DNA from: an uncultured Candidatus Saccharibacteria bacterium
GTDB taxonomy: Bacteria > Patescibacteriota > Andersenbacteria > UBA10190
Direction: 5' to 3'
Assembly (NCBI GenBank): GCA_964359735.1
Contig: CAYHTZ010000003.1
Span: forward strand, 21,993-85,992
Length of the DNA stretch: 64,000 nucleotides
Made by a program: the position numbers and the translations under genes. Below are positions 47,273 through 56,293 of the stretch, piece by piece. Below the pieces are notes generated by a model. It was not told the origin of the DNA. It saw only the letters and a program-made list of their open reading frames with translations, and did no database searches. The first letter of the stretch is position 1, and each line of letters opens with the position of its first letter.

Positions 47273-48682
47273 ATGACCACACTCTACCGGAAATACCGGC
47301 CCCGGGAGTTCCAGGACATCATGGGGCAGGACCACGTCACCAAGACGTTAGCCGCCGCTGTCGAGAAGCAGAGAATTGCCCACGCGTATCTCTTTTACGG
47401 CGCACGGGGAACGGGAAAGACCACGACCGCTCGTGTACTGGCACAGAATTTGGGAGCTTCGGGACTCAACGTGATTGAAATTGATGCGGCTTCCAACCGG
47501 GGCATCGACGACATTCGCTCACTCCGGGAGAACGTGGCGCTCTCGCCCACGGAAGGAAAATACAAAGTGTACATCATTGACGAAGTGCACATGCTCACAA
47601 AAGAAGCTTTCTCAGCATTGCTTAAAACACTCGAGGAGCCGGTAAAACACGTGGTTTTCATTTTGGCTACGACTGAGCTCCACAAGGTGCCGGCGACAAT
47701 TATCTCGCGCTGCCAGGTCTACCGTTTTCGCCGAGCCACCGATGAGGAAATGCGGCAGCGCCTGTCATGGATCTTGCAGCAGGAGAAGCGGGAGGTAGCG
47801 GATGACGCGATAGACTTCCTCGTAGCCCGCAGCGACGGCTGCTACCGGGATGCTGAGTCTCTCCTAGGACAAGTGCTCACCTGGAAAGAGGGGAAGATAA
47901 CCGCGGAGGACCTGGCCTCATTCCTGGGATTGCCAGAGCGCGAACTGTTAGAGCAATTTCTGGCGGCACTGGTGGGCGGTAGCGCCCAGGCGGCGCTCTC
48001 CACCATCGACGCCGTCTACAACGAAGGGGTAGACCCAGACCAATTCCTCCATGAATCCATACGCGCGGCGCGGGACGAAGCCCTTCGACTTGCTACGCTC
48101 GCTCAGGGTAAAGCCGCAGATATGCAAAAGTTATCACGGTTACCGGTAATTATTCGCGCCTTACTACAGGCGGTACAAGATTTGGCGTACGTGCCGGAGC
48201 CCCGGGTAGCGCTACAGCTGGCGGCGCTCTCTGTGACAACTTCGAGTGAAATCGTGCCCCGGGGTTCGCAGGCTGCTCCGCCACCTGCGAAAGCATTGGC
48301 GCCGGCTCTTATCAAAAGTAAAAAAGCCCCCGAGCAGCCAGGCAACGTGAGTGCCGTCAAAAAAGTCTGGGCCAAGCTCATCACGAACGTAAAATCCGCC
48401 AACCCTGTGGCCTCAACGTTTTTGCGGGCAACAGATCCGACAGCGTGGGGAGAAGGTATCATAACAGTGCGAGTGCAATATCCACTGCACCGCAACTTTT
48501 TTGAGAGGCCGGAGAACAAAAAAATAGTGGAAGAAGAGCTGAGCAAACTTTTAGACACTCCCGTGACGGTGCGCTTTCAGTTAGAAGAGCCGACCATAAC
48601 TTCAGGAGTGGCAGTTCAACAGGTCCAGAAGCAAGAAGAGGACCTCTTCGAGGCGGCCAAGCAAGTGTTTGCAAAGAAGTAA
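47273..48682 (+). CDS. dnaX: DNA polymerase III gamma/tau
   Basis: LYRKYRP, GARGTGKTT, EIDAASNRG, DEVHML, TIISRC; Zn-binding Cys cluster absent. Confidence 0.95.
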   Translation: MTTLYRKYRPREFQDIMGQDHVTKTLAAAVEKQRIAHAYLFYGARGTGKTTTARVLAQNLGASGLNVIEIDAASNRGIDDIRSLRENVALSPTEGKYKVYIIDEVHMLTKEAFSALLKTLEEPVKHVVFILATTELHKVPATIISRCQVYRFRRATDEEMRQRLSWILQQEKREVADDAIDFLVARSDGCYRDAESLLGQVLTWKEGKITAEDLASFLGLPERELLEQFLAALVGGSAQAALSTIDAVYNEGVDPDQFLHESIRAARDEALRLATLAQGKAADMQKLSRLPVIIRALLQAVQDLAYVPEPRVALQLAALSVTTSSEIVPRGSQAAPPPAKALAPALIKSKKAPEQPGNVSAVKKVWAKLITNVKSANPVASTFLRATDPTAWGEGIITVRVQYPLHRNFFERPENKKIVEEELSKLLDTPVTVRFQLEEPTITSGVAVQQVQKQEEDLFEAAKQVFAKK

Positions 48683-48703
48683 TTTTTGTGGTTTGATACG
48701 GGT

Positions 48704-49540
48704 ATGCCAGAAGGTCAAGAGGTGAGTCACTTTCGCAAGGTAAGCGCTCGCGTCGATCAGTACCCAGCAGGGTCAGTGGGTGCTCAGATTGATGGGAATC
48801 TCGTGCAAATCAGCGCTGCGTTGGCTACCGCAAAGGCTGATACTGATCCACGCGCTCGAAAACGAGAGTTGGCTCTTACTAGACTACAGACGTTTTACGG
48901 TGATTTGCGTTTAGAGCTGGACGCGGAAGATAAACTTGCCACTCCCGATTCCGCTTTGACGGTCGCAGCGGGAATACTTGCAAAAGCAATTGAACGAGAA
49001 GAGGTATTGCCAGCCGAGGCGCTCTTGAAAACTGCCCAGTTAGCTAACGGATTCGGAGATCTGCGAGACTTTGTTGCGAAGACTCCGCGCATGCGGCCGG
49101 TCGGCTGGGAAGCGTCTCAGCGCGCCGAGGTGGGGGTAAAACCAGTAGAATACCCACCAGGCTCGGTAGGAGAACTCTTGCAGCGGGCACTCGACAGTGT
49201 TACGCATGGGCTTGCTGAAGAAGGAAACCCCACAGGGGAGCTGATAAGCGAAAGAGCGCTAAGACTCAGGCGATTAGATACGTTCTACCGTGCTCTGGGA
49301 AATTTACTAGAGACCCAGAAACTGACTCTGGTTGATCACCCTACAGTGGTGAACACGATCGGTGCAATGGCGAGAGCGGTGGATAGAGGGGAGTTATCGA
49401 TAACCGACGCTTTGGTTAGAATTCCTCCCCTAGTTATGCATTACTCGCGAATAGGACAGCGAGGTGGAGGACACCCGCTATTCAGAACGGTCGGGCACGA
49501 GGAAGAAATTGATCCACCGAACCCACCTGACAAGCAGTGA
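48704..49540 (+). CDS. Hypothetical protein with an internally duplicated helical domain
   Basis: YPAGSVG..RELALTRLQTFY..AKAIEREEV versus YPPGSVG..RALRLRRLDTFY..ARAVDRGEL; TTGCAA-17-TTTGAT 6 nt upstream. Confidence 0.7.
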   Translation: MPEGQEVSHFRKVSARVDQYPAGSVGAQIDGNLVQISAALATAKADTDPRARKRELALTRLQTFYGDLRLELDAEDKLATPDSALTVAAGILAKAIEREEVLPAEALLKTAQLANGFGDLRDFVAKTPRMRPVGWEASQRAEVGVKPVEYPPGSVGELLQRALDSVTHGLAEEGNPTGELISERALRLRRLDTFYRALGNLLETQKLTLVDHPTVVNTIGAMARAVDRGELSITDALVRIPPLVMHYSRIGQRGGGHPLFRTVGHEEEIDPPNPPDKQ

Positions 49541-49608
49541 TCAGCAGTTTTGTTGAGATCACCTGGCTTGCGAAAGCTGTGGTTTGACCGTTACATAGAA
49601 CGTATATT

Positions 49609-49704
49609 CCCGGGGTCGTCTAACCACCGCCTCAAGCGGGGCTCCGCCAAAGGCGGGAGTGGCTCCCGCAGCAGCGGAGTTCCGCCAGCTGGCGGGAACA
49701 GGAC
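49609..49704 (+). pseudogene. tRNA-Gln 5'-half remnant A interrupted by two 36-bp double-hairpin units
   Basis: CCCGGGGTCGTCTAA-[49624-49659]-TGG-[49663-49698]-CAGGAC; removing the units restores a tRNA acceptor 5' strand plus D-arm. Confidence 0.75.
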
Positions 49705-49710
49705 TTGCCT

Positions 49711-49974
49711 ATGTCTTACTTCACTTACGTTCTCCAGAGTCAAAAAACAGGTCGGTATTACGTAGGTTCAGCTACAAACATCCCAGCGCGACTTAAAAGA
49801 CATAACTCCGGGTATGTACGATCAACAAAAGCGGGTCTCCCTTACATTTTGGTTTATCAAGAGGAGCATCCAACTAAACAAGATGCGTATCGTCGAGAAA
49901 GAGAAATCAAAAGGTATAAAGGTGGAAATGCTTTCAAAAAGCTAGTACAATCGTCACACTCCGGGATCGTCTAA
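49711..49974 (+). CDS. Small stand-alone GIY-YIG nuclease
   Basis: YFTYVLQS..YYVGS..RLKRHNSG..STK..ILVYQE..AYRREREIK; stop codon supplied by tRNA remnant B. Confidence 0.92.
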   Translation: MSYFTYVLQSQKTGRYYVGSATNIPARLKRHNSGYVRSTKAGLPYILVYQEEHPTKQDAYRREREIKRYKGGNAFKKLVQSSHSGIV

Positions 49975-50018
49975 TGGCCACCGCAGTAGCGGGGTCCCGC
50001 CAAAGGCGGGGACAGGAC
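49960..50018 (+). pseudogene. tRNA-Gln 5'-half remnant B interrupted by one 35-bp double-hairpin unit
   Basis: TCCGGGATCGTCTAATGG-[49978-50012]-CAGGAC. Confidence 0.75.
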
Positions 50019-50029
50019 TCTGGAGGTAT

Positions 50030-50103
50030 TCCGGGGTCGTCTAAAGGCAGGACGGGAGGCTTTGGACCTCCTAATATAGGTTCGATTCCTATCCCCGGAA
50101 CCA
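50030..50103 (+). tRNA. tRNA-Gln(TTG) with encoded CCA
   Basis: Acceptor TCCGGGG/CCCCGGA, anticodon arm GGAGG-CTTTGGA-CCTCC, T arm ATAGG-TTCGATT-CCTAT, ACCA end. Confidence 0.95.
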
Positions 50104-50154
50104 CGTCGGCAAAATTTTGACTTTTGGGGGATTTTTATAATAGTGTGATGCCAT

Positions 50155-52194
50155 ATGATAAACGCTTTGAGCTTTTCGCTGATTGTGCCGGTGGCCGCAC
50201 TGCTTTTTGTGTGGTGGCTGTACCGGTGGATCATGGCGAAAGATCCGGGCTCGGCAGAAATGCAGGAGATCGGGGGTGCCATTCAGGAAGGGGCGGCCGC
50301 ATTCTTAAAGCGTCAATATAAAACCATTGCCGTGATCGGCATCGTGGTAGCGGTAGCCCTCTGGGTCATGTACAGCTTGCTGGGAAAGGGGGATTTGGGG
50401 CAGCACACAGCGGTTTCTTTCCTCTTAGGAGCCATTCTCTCAGCTGTTTCAGGAGTGATCGGCATGATGGTGGCCGTACGCACCAATGTGAGAAGTGCGG
50501 CCGGAGCCAAGCACGGCTTTGCCGAGGCGCTCACGATTGCGCTACGGGGCGGGGCTGTCTCGGGTATCACGATTGTGGCGCTCAGTTTAATCGGCATCGC
50601 CGGGCTATTCATGGTGTATCAGTGGCTCGGATTTGCAACTGAAGAAATTCCTTCCTTGATCGTCGGCTTCGGTTTCGGAGCTTCTTTGGTGGCTTTGTTC
50701 GCGCAACTGGGCGGCGGCATCTACACCAAAGCGGCGGACGTCGGCGCAGATTTAGTCGGAAAAATTGAAGCAGGTATTCCCGAAGACGATCCGCGTAACC
50801 CGGCAGTCGTGGCAGACTTGGTGGGCGATAATGTAGGGGATTGCGCCGGGCGCGGAGCAGATTTATTTGAGTCAACCGCGGCGGAAAATATTGGGGCCAT
50901 GATCCTGGGCGTAGCGCTCTTTCCCGTGTTCGGGGTAGCGGGCATTTTCTACCCCTTGGTACTACGCGCGTTTGGGCTGATTGCTTCTGTGGTTGGCGTC
51001 ATGGCGGCTCGTAGCAGAAACACGGATAGCCCGATGGCGGCTTTGAATCGGGGTTTCTACGTCACGGCGGCGCTAGCGGCCGTAGCGTTTTACTTCGTGA
51101 CCGACCAAATGCTCGGGAACACCTGGTTCTTCTGGACGGGTTTGGTGGGTATCGCTACAAGTCTTGTCTTCATCTACATCACACAGTATTACACCGAAGC
51201 GAAGTACCGCCCGGTTAAGGAAATAGCTGAGGCTTCTCAAACAGGGCACGGCACAAACATTATTTCCGGTTACGCCGTGGGTTTGGAATCAACCGGGCTG
51301 ACGGTGCTCACAATTTCCATCGCACTCTTCGTGGCATATAAGCTCGGGGTCATGTCGGGAGTGGAAGGCGGGGGACTCTACGGCACGGCAGTGGCCACGA
51401 TGGGAATGTTAGCCACGGCGGCATACGTGCTCGCTATGGACACGTTTGGGCCGATTGTCGACAACGGCGCAGGTATTGCAGAGTTCGCAGGCGCGGGAGA
51501 TTCCATGCGCGAAGTTATGGATAAATTGGATGCAGCCGGCAACACGACGAAAGCTTTAACGAAAGGGTATGCCATCGGCAGCGCGGCCTTGGCAGCGTTC
51601 TTGCTCTTTACGGCGTACTTGGAAGAAGTTCACCTCGAAGTGGTGGACTTAGCCAAAGTGGAAGTCTTCATCGGGGCTTTGGTAGGTGCCACGCTGGTGT
51701 TTGTGTTCTCCTCATTCGCGATTCGCGCGGTCAGCAGGGCAGCGTACTCCATCATCAACGAAGTTCGCCGGCAGTTTAAGGAACGCCCAGGGATCATGGC
51801 CGGCACAGAAAAGCCGGATTACTCTCGAGCAGTGGACATTACGACGCAGGGTGCGCTCAAGCAAATGATTTTGCCGGGTATGCTGGCAGTGGTTGTGCCC
51901 GTGGCCGTCGGCCTCTTACTGGGAGCTGAAGCGGAAGCGGGACTCATTATGGTAGGCACGATCGCAGGCATTTTGATGGCCACGCTGATGAACAACGCCG
52001 GTGGAGCCTGGGATAATGCGAAGAAATGGATTGAGCAAGGCAACTTGGGCGGTAAAAAATCTCCGACCCATCAAGCGGCTGTTACCGGGGACACAGTAGG
52101 CGACCCATTTAAGGACACCGCCGGGCCTTCACTGCACGTTTTGATCAAACTCCTGGCCACGCTGACCTTGGCGCTCGCCCCACTGTTTATCTAG
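50155..52194 (+). CDS. hppA: Membrane-bound H+-translocating pyrophosphatase (K+-independent signature)
   Basis: GGGIYTKAADVGADLVGKIE, EDDPRN, DNVGDC, GNTTKA, GDTVGDPFKDT. Confidence 0.95.
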   Translation: MINALSFSLIVPVAALLFVWWLYRWIMAKDPGSAEMQEIGGAIQEGAAAFLKRQYKTIAVIGIVVAVALWVMYSLLGKGDLGQHTAVSFLLGAILSAVSGVIGMMVAVRTNVRSAAGAKHGFAEALTIALRGGAVSGITIVALSLIGIAGLFMVYQWLGFATEEIPSLIVGFGFGASLVALFAQLGGGIYTKAADVGADLVGKIEAGIPEDDPRNPAVVADLVGDNVGDCAGRGADLFESTAAENIGAMILGVALFPVFGVAGIFYPLVLRAFGLIASVVGVMAARSRNTDSPMAALNRGFYVTAALAAVAFYFVTDQMLGNTWFFWTGLVGIATSLVFIYITQYYTEAKYRPVKEIAEASQTGHGTNIISGYAVGLESTGLTVLTISIALFVAYKLGVMSGVEGGGLYGTAVATMGMLATAAYVLAMDTFGPIVDNGAGIAEFAGAGDSMREVMDKLDAAGNTTKALTKGYAIGSAALAAFLLFTAYLEEVHLEVVDLAKVEVFIGALVGATLVFVFSSFAIRAVSRAAYSIINEVRRQFKERPGIMAGTEKPDYSRAVDITTQGALKQMILPGMLAVVVPVAVGLLLGAEAEAGLIMVGTIAGILMATLMNNAGGAWDNAKKWIEQGNLGGKKSPTHQAAVTGDTVGDPFKDTAGPSLHVLIKLLATLTLALAPLFI

Positions 52195-52209
52195 TGATAG
52201 GCTGCACGT

Positions 52210-53298
52210 ATGGTGCAGGCCTTGAGTGTTTCGCAGTTTGTAGAGCTCATAAATGTCACCCTCTCTGAACTAGAGGACATTACCGTGGAAGGGGAAGTCG
52301 GGGAATACAAAGTCATCCACAACAAGTGGGTTACGTTCCAACTGAAGGATGAACGCTCAAACGTAGGCTGTTTTATGCCGGTGTGGGAACTCAGAACAGC
52401 CGTGGAGGATGGAATGCTGGTACGTGTAGTCGGGCAGCCGAAATTGCGCGATAAAGGTTTTTTCAGTTTTGTGCTGAGAGCCGTACAACCAGCGGGCGAG
52501 GGGTCGCTCAAGCGAGCGTTTGAGCTGTTGCGCATGAAGCTCTCAGAAGAGGGGCTATTCGCGGCGGAGCGCAAACGGCCGTTGCCGCAATTTCCTCAGC
52601 ATGTGGCACTCATCACCTCGCGCGATGCGGCGGCCTACAGCGACTTCCTCAAGATTCTCAAGGGAAGGATCGGCGGGCTTACCATCTCGTTCATTCATAC
52701 CCAAGTACAGGGAGAAGACGCACCCGCGCAGTTAATCCGGGCGCTCGAGCAGGCGAATACAGATTTAAAAGATTTAGATGCGATTGTGATGGTGCGCGGC
52801 GGCGGCAGCTTGGAAGACTTACAAGCGTTTAACGATGAACATGTGGTGCGCGCAGTGGCCGCCTCCCGTACACCCACCATTATTGGCATCGGACACGAAC
52901 GGGATGTAACGCTGGCGGAGCTGGCGGCAGACGTACGCGCGTCAACTCCCAGTAATGCGGCGGAGCTCCTGGTGAGATCCCGCCAAGAACTTTTTCTGCA
53001 ACTCTCCGGCTGGCAGAATTTTCTCTCGAACCGAGTGCAGGAGCATTTACAACGACAACGGCACTTTATAGAACACGGCGTCAGTGTTCTCAAGGGGCAG
53101 ATGCGCGCCACCATGCAACACGTGGCCCAACTCGTGCGCATGCTGAAATCCCTTTCTCCCGAGGAAACCTTAAAGCGTGGATACAGCATTACCCAGACAG
53201 TTGAGGGGACAGTACTGAAAGAGACGAACCAAGTGAAAGTAAAGCAGAGAATTAAAACACGGCTATGGAAAGGGGAGTTTGACTCAATAGTGAAATAA
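52210..53298 (+). CDS. xseA: Exodeoxyribonuclease VII large subunit
   Basis: LSVSQF, VEGEV, RGGGSLEDLQAFN, GIGHERD, STPSNAAE, LKRGYS. Confidence 0.95.
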   Translation: MVQALSVSQFVELINVTLSELEDITVEGEVGEYKVIHNKWVTFQLKDERSNVGCFMPVWELRTAVEDGMLVRVVGQPKLRDKGFFSFVLRAVQPAGEGSLKRAFELLRMKLSEEGLFAAERKRPLPQFPQHVALITSRDAAAYSDFLKILKGRIGGLTISFIHTQVQGEDAPAQLIRALEQANTDLKDLDAIVMVRGGGSLEDLQAFNDEHVVRAVAASRTPTIIGIGHERDVTLAELAADVRASTPSNAAELLVRSRQELFLQLSGWQNFLSNRVQEHLQRQRHFIEHGVSVLKGQMRATMQHVAQLVRMLKSLSPEETLKRGYSITQTVEGTVLKETNQVKVKQRIKTRLWKGEFDSIVK

Positions 53299-53352
53299 CA
53301 TCCCTCTTGACATTCTAGTGATAGTTCTGCATGTTAATTTCGGATCTACCTT

Positions 53353-54657
53353 ATGCCTTTGTTTGAACAATCATTGCCAGAACACCGAGGCCAGCTCGGC
53401 GAAAGGTTGTCACAGACATTATCTCAAGCGAGAACTCAAGTAGGCGCTTATGAATATAAGACTGGGTCAGCAACCGTTCCCGAAGCGGAGCGCGCTGCCC
53501 ACCAATTTGCCGCGGCCAGCGGATATACCATGCTGCTCGCAGAATTCAATCGGGGTTCGCAAATGGATGTTGACATGGCTCGAGCAGCGGCGATTGAAGG
53601 AAGGCGCCAACTTGCGGGGGCGCAGGAGCTTATCGGACAAATACGAGAGGCGATCGGTTCAGACGATAGCTCGCTGCCGCAGCTTGCGACACGACTTTTT
53701 CATCACCTCATGGATCTGCGCGCTTCGGCGCTTGCCACAGGTCGGGTTTTGGTAGAACAGTACGAGATAACGAGAGATCGTGCCCTGAGCTCGGATGAAA
53801 CTATCAATTTATTCCAGACTGAGTTCCTGGGGCTCTTACGACAGATTAGTGCAGACGGGGATCTGTGCGAAGTGCTAAGTACCCAGGTTGATTCTAATCT
53901 TCCTCTGGCTTTCATCAGACACATGCAGGCAGGAGAAACTCTCGAGGTTTCTTCGTTCATTCGCGGCGGCAGTCCGGACGATGTGGAGCGTCTGGAACAA
54001 TCTCAACTCACGCTGTTACTCCTGCGGTCCTTCATGGACAGAACTTCTTATGCCAAGCTGCTAACTGGCCACTTAACCGATGATCCAGGCAAGCGCCCGA
54101 ACTACTTCGAAAGACATGAACTTGAGGGATTTGTAGCCCGCCACGTGAAAGCGGGGCTAGCACCTGAGGAAATTGCACTCTTGGTAAAGCTACAAATACT
54201 TAAGAATACATACCGGGATGACCCTGCTGGATGGGGGGACCTTCTCTACAATAACGCTATCTACGCTATGCTTTTTTCAAGGGCAACCGATGACTTTGGG
54301 GGAGGAGGCAGCACAATTGAATACGTTAGAGAATTCCAGATGATGGGGCCTGATACATACATTTCGGCCAATGAGAAGATCCTTGACTACCTCATTCAAG
54401 CGCGAGGCAACGGATCCTTCGAACAAATGCTGGTCTGGGGGAGAAGTGTTAAATATGGGACACTTCCTTACGATGAAAGTCTTTTGCGGCCATTATATGA
54501 GCATACGGGCGGGTATCGGGATGCAGTTCAAAAGTACCTTAAAGGAGAACTGACGAAGGACAGTTGGGCCGAGGCCTATGGCAGGTACTACCGACTGTGT
54601 GACCATTTGGAACATTTGCTAAAAGTAGCTGACGAGGAAGATAGCCAGGAAAAATGA
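53353..54657 (+). CDS. Hypothetical soluble helical protein between xseA and xseB
   Basis: 434-aa ORF filling the gap; TTGACA at 53307 upstream; no family recognised. Confidence 0.7.
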   Translation: MPLFEQSLPEHRGQLGERLSQTLSQARTQVGAYEYKTGSATVPEAERAAHQFAAASGYTMLLAEFNRGSQMDVDMARAAAIEGRRQLAGAQELIGQIREAIGSDDSSLPQLATRLFHHLMDLRASALATGRVLVEQYEITRDRALSSDETINLFQTEFLGLLRQISADGDLCEVLSTQVDSNLPLAFIRHMQAGETLEVSSFIRGGSPDDVERLEQSQLTLLLLRSFMDRTSYAKLLTGHLTDDPGKRPNYFERHELEGFVARHVKAGLAPEEIALLVKLQILKNTYRDDPAGWGDLLYNNAIYAMLFSRATDDFGGGGSTIEYVREFQMMGPDTYISANEKILDYLIQARGNGSFEQMLVWGRSVKYGTLPYDESLLRPLYEHTGGYRDAVQKYLKGELTKDSWAEAYGRYYRLCDHLEHLLKVADEEDSQEK

Positions 54658-54699
54658 CGCCGTTTCCATCATTTTGGTGGATTCTGTTACACTCTTCTC

Positions 54700-54912
54700 A
54701 TGCCAAAAAAGAAATTCAATTTTGCGAAAGCGTACCAGGAACTGGAGCAGATTGTGCAGGAGTTTGAGTCACGGGAGATTGATTTAGAAAAAGACCTGCC
54801 GAAGTTCGAGCGGGGAATGGAGTTGGCGCAGCAGCTCACGAAGCAACTTAAGGAGATGGAAAACAAAGTGGTTGAAGTGGAGCGAAAATTTGGGAATAGC
54901 GAAGACGTATGA
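54700..54912 (+). CDS. xseB: Exodeoxyribonuclease VII small subunit
   Basis: FAKAYQELEQIV..IDLE..FERGMEL. Confidence 0.9.
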   Translation: MPKKKFNFAKAYQELEQIVQEFESREIDLEKDLPKFERGMELAQQLTKQLKEMENKVVEVERKFGNSEDV

Positions 54913-56291
54913 ATCTCCCACCCCTTCTTGCATCTCCCCCTCCGGCAGGGGGAGCAAAGTATTTTCGAGTTCCTAAAGCATTTTGGCGTGTCCTGCTCTG
55001 GGTGAACGTGGCTATTATTTTGTGGTACTGGTGGCAGGGTTCGAGCACTCTGTTTACAGCAGGGTGGGGCAGTGTGCTGGTGGCGCTGGGGAAACTTTCA
55101 GGGTTACTCGCGGCCGGAAGCGTGCTCTTGCAGTTTGCCTTCATGGGCAGGAATCCTTGGCTGGAGCGTTCGTTCGGTTTGGATAAGCTCGCACGCATTC
55201 ACGCCAGAAGCGGCAAACGCAGTTTTTACTTTCTTGTTCTTCACCCCATTTTGATAACGCTGGGGTACGCAATCTTGTCCCAGACTAATGTGATCAGTCA
55301 ATTTTTGACGTTTTGGTTTAGCTACCCGTACGTGTGGTGGGCCTCCCTCGCGTTGATACTTTTCGTGGTTGTAATCGCGACATCAATTATGATCGTGCGA
55401 ACGAGGCTGCCTTACGAGGCTTGGTACTTTGTGCACCTGCTGGTATACGTGGCGGTTTTCCTTTCGCTGTGGCATCAGTTCGTGGTGGGCACGGATTTAC
55501 TGGCGAGCCGAGTCTTTTATACCTATTGGGTCGGTATCTATACAGTTGTTCTCGGTAGTCACCTTATTTTCCGCTTCGGGCGGCCGGTGTACCTATTTTT
55601 TCGCCATCAGTTCCGAGTGAGTCGAATATTTCGGGAAAACTACAACACAGTTTCGATCTACTTTACGGGGAAGAGCACAGACCAATTTAATATCTACCCG
55701 GGGCAATTTATGATTCTGCGGTTTTTCACGAAAGGCCTTTGGTGGCAGGCGCATCCATTTTCGCTCTCGCGAGTGCCAGACGGAAAAGAAATCCGAATAA
55801 CGGCGAAGGCAGTAGGCGATTTTACTCAGAAACTTGGCAGTGTCCCGGTGGGTACAAAAGTTTTGATTGACGGTCCCTATGGAATATTCACAGAGTGGAC
55901 TAATGAATCGCCTAAGGTGCTGTTTATCGCGGGTGGCATTGGCATTACCCCCATTCGATCCCTGATGGAGCGTCTCGTATCCCGAGGCCGCGAGGCAGTG
56001 TTGCTTTACGCTAACAAAACCGAAAAAGATATCGTTTTCAAAAAAGAATTAGAAGAGGTGGTTAAGCGATATGGGGGGGATATTGTTCATGTGTTGAGTG
56101 ACGAGCCAGCCTATGCTGGGGAAAAGGGATTTATTGATACGAATAAAATCAAGCGCTTGGTGCCCGACGTGGCCAAGCGGGATGTGTACCTGTGTGGGCC
56201 GCCACCCATGATGAAAGCCGTGATCGCTGCGCTGCAAAACTTAGGCGTGTCCGCCGAACGAATTCACTGGGAACGATTTGCGCTGGAATAA
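54909..56291 (+). CDS. Ferric reductase-like TM domain fused to an FAD/NAD(P)-binding ferredoxin reductase domain
   Basis: TM His residues (RIH, LHP, VHL, WHQ), HPFSLS, DGPYG, AGGIGITP, YLCGPPPM, ERF. Confidence 0.88.
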   Translation: MNLPPLLASPPPAGGAKYFRVPKAFWRVLLWVNVAIILWYWWQGSSTLFTAGWGSVLVALGKLSGLLAAGSVLLQFAFMGRNPWLERSFGLDKLARIHARSGKRSFYFLVLHPILITLGYAILSQTNVISQFLTFWFSYPYVWWASLALILFVVVIATSIMIVRTRLPYEAWYFVHLLVYVAVFLSLWHQFVVGTDLLASRVFYTYWVGIYTVVLGSHLIFRFGRPVYLFFRHQFRVSRIFRENYNTVSIYFTGKSTDQFNIYPGQFMILRFFTKGLWWQAHPFSLSRVPDGKEIRITAKAVGDFTQKLGSVPVGTKVLIDGPYGIFTEWTNESPKVLFIAGGIGITPIRSLMERLVSRGREAVLLYANKTEKDIVFKKELEEVVKRYGGDIVHVLSDEPAYAGEKGFIDTNKIKRLVPDVAKRDVYLCGPPPMMKAVIAALQNLGVSAERIHWERFALE

Positions 56292-56293
56292 AT

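Noticed and set aside
48319-48326. AAAAAAG in the dnaX linker as an E. coli-type -1 frameshift site producing gamma
   Set aside because: It is phased AAA AAA GCC rather than A AAA AAG, and is preceded by T, so tandem -1 slippage is not supported.
49609-50018. CRISPR array or tRNA intron explanation for the ~36-bp repeated units
   Set aside because: There are only three divergent units, with no regular unique spacers and no cas genes. The remnants lack anticodon and T arms, so splicing would not yield a tRNA, and no group I core was recognised.
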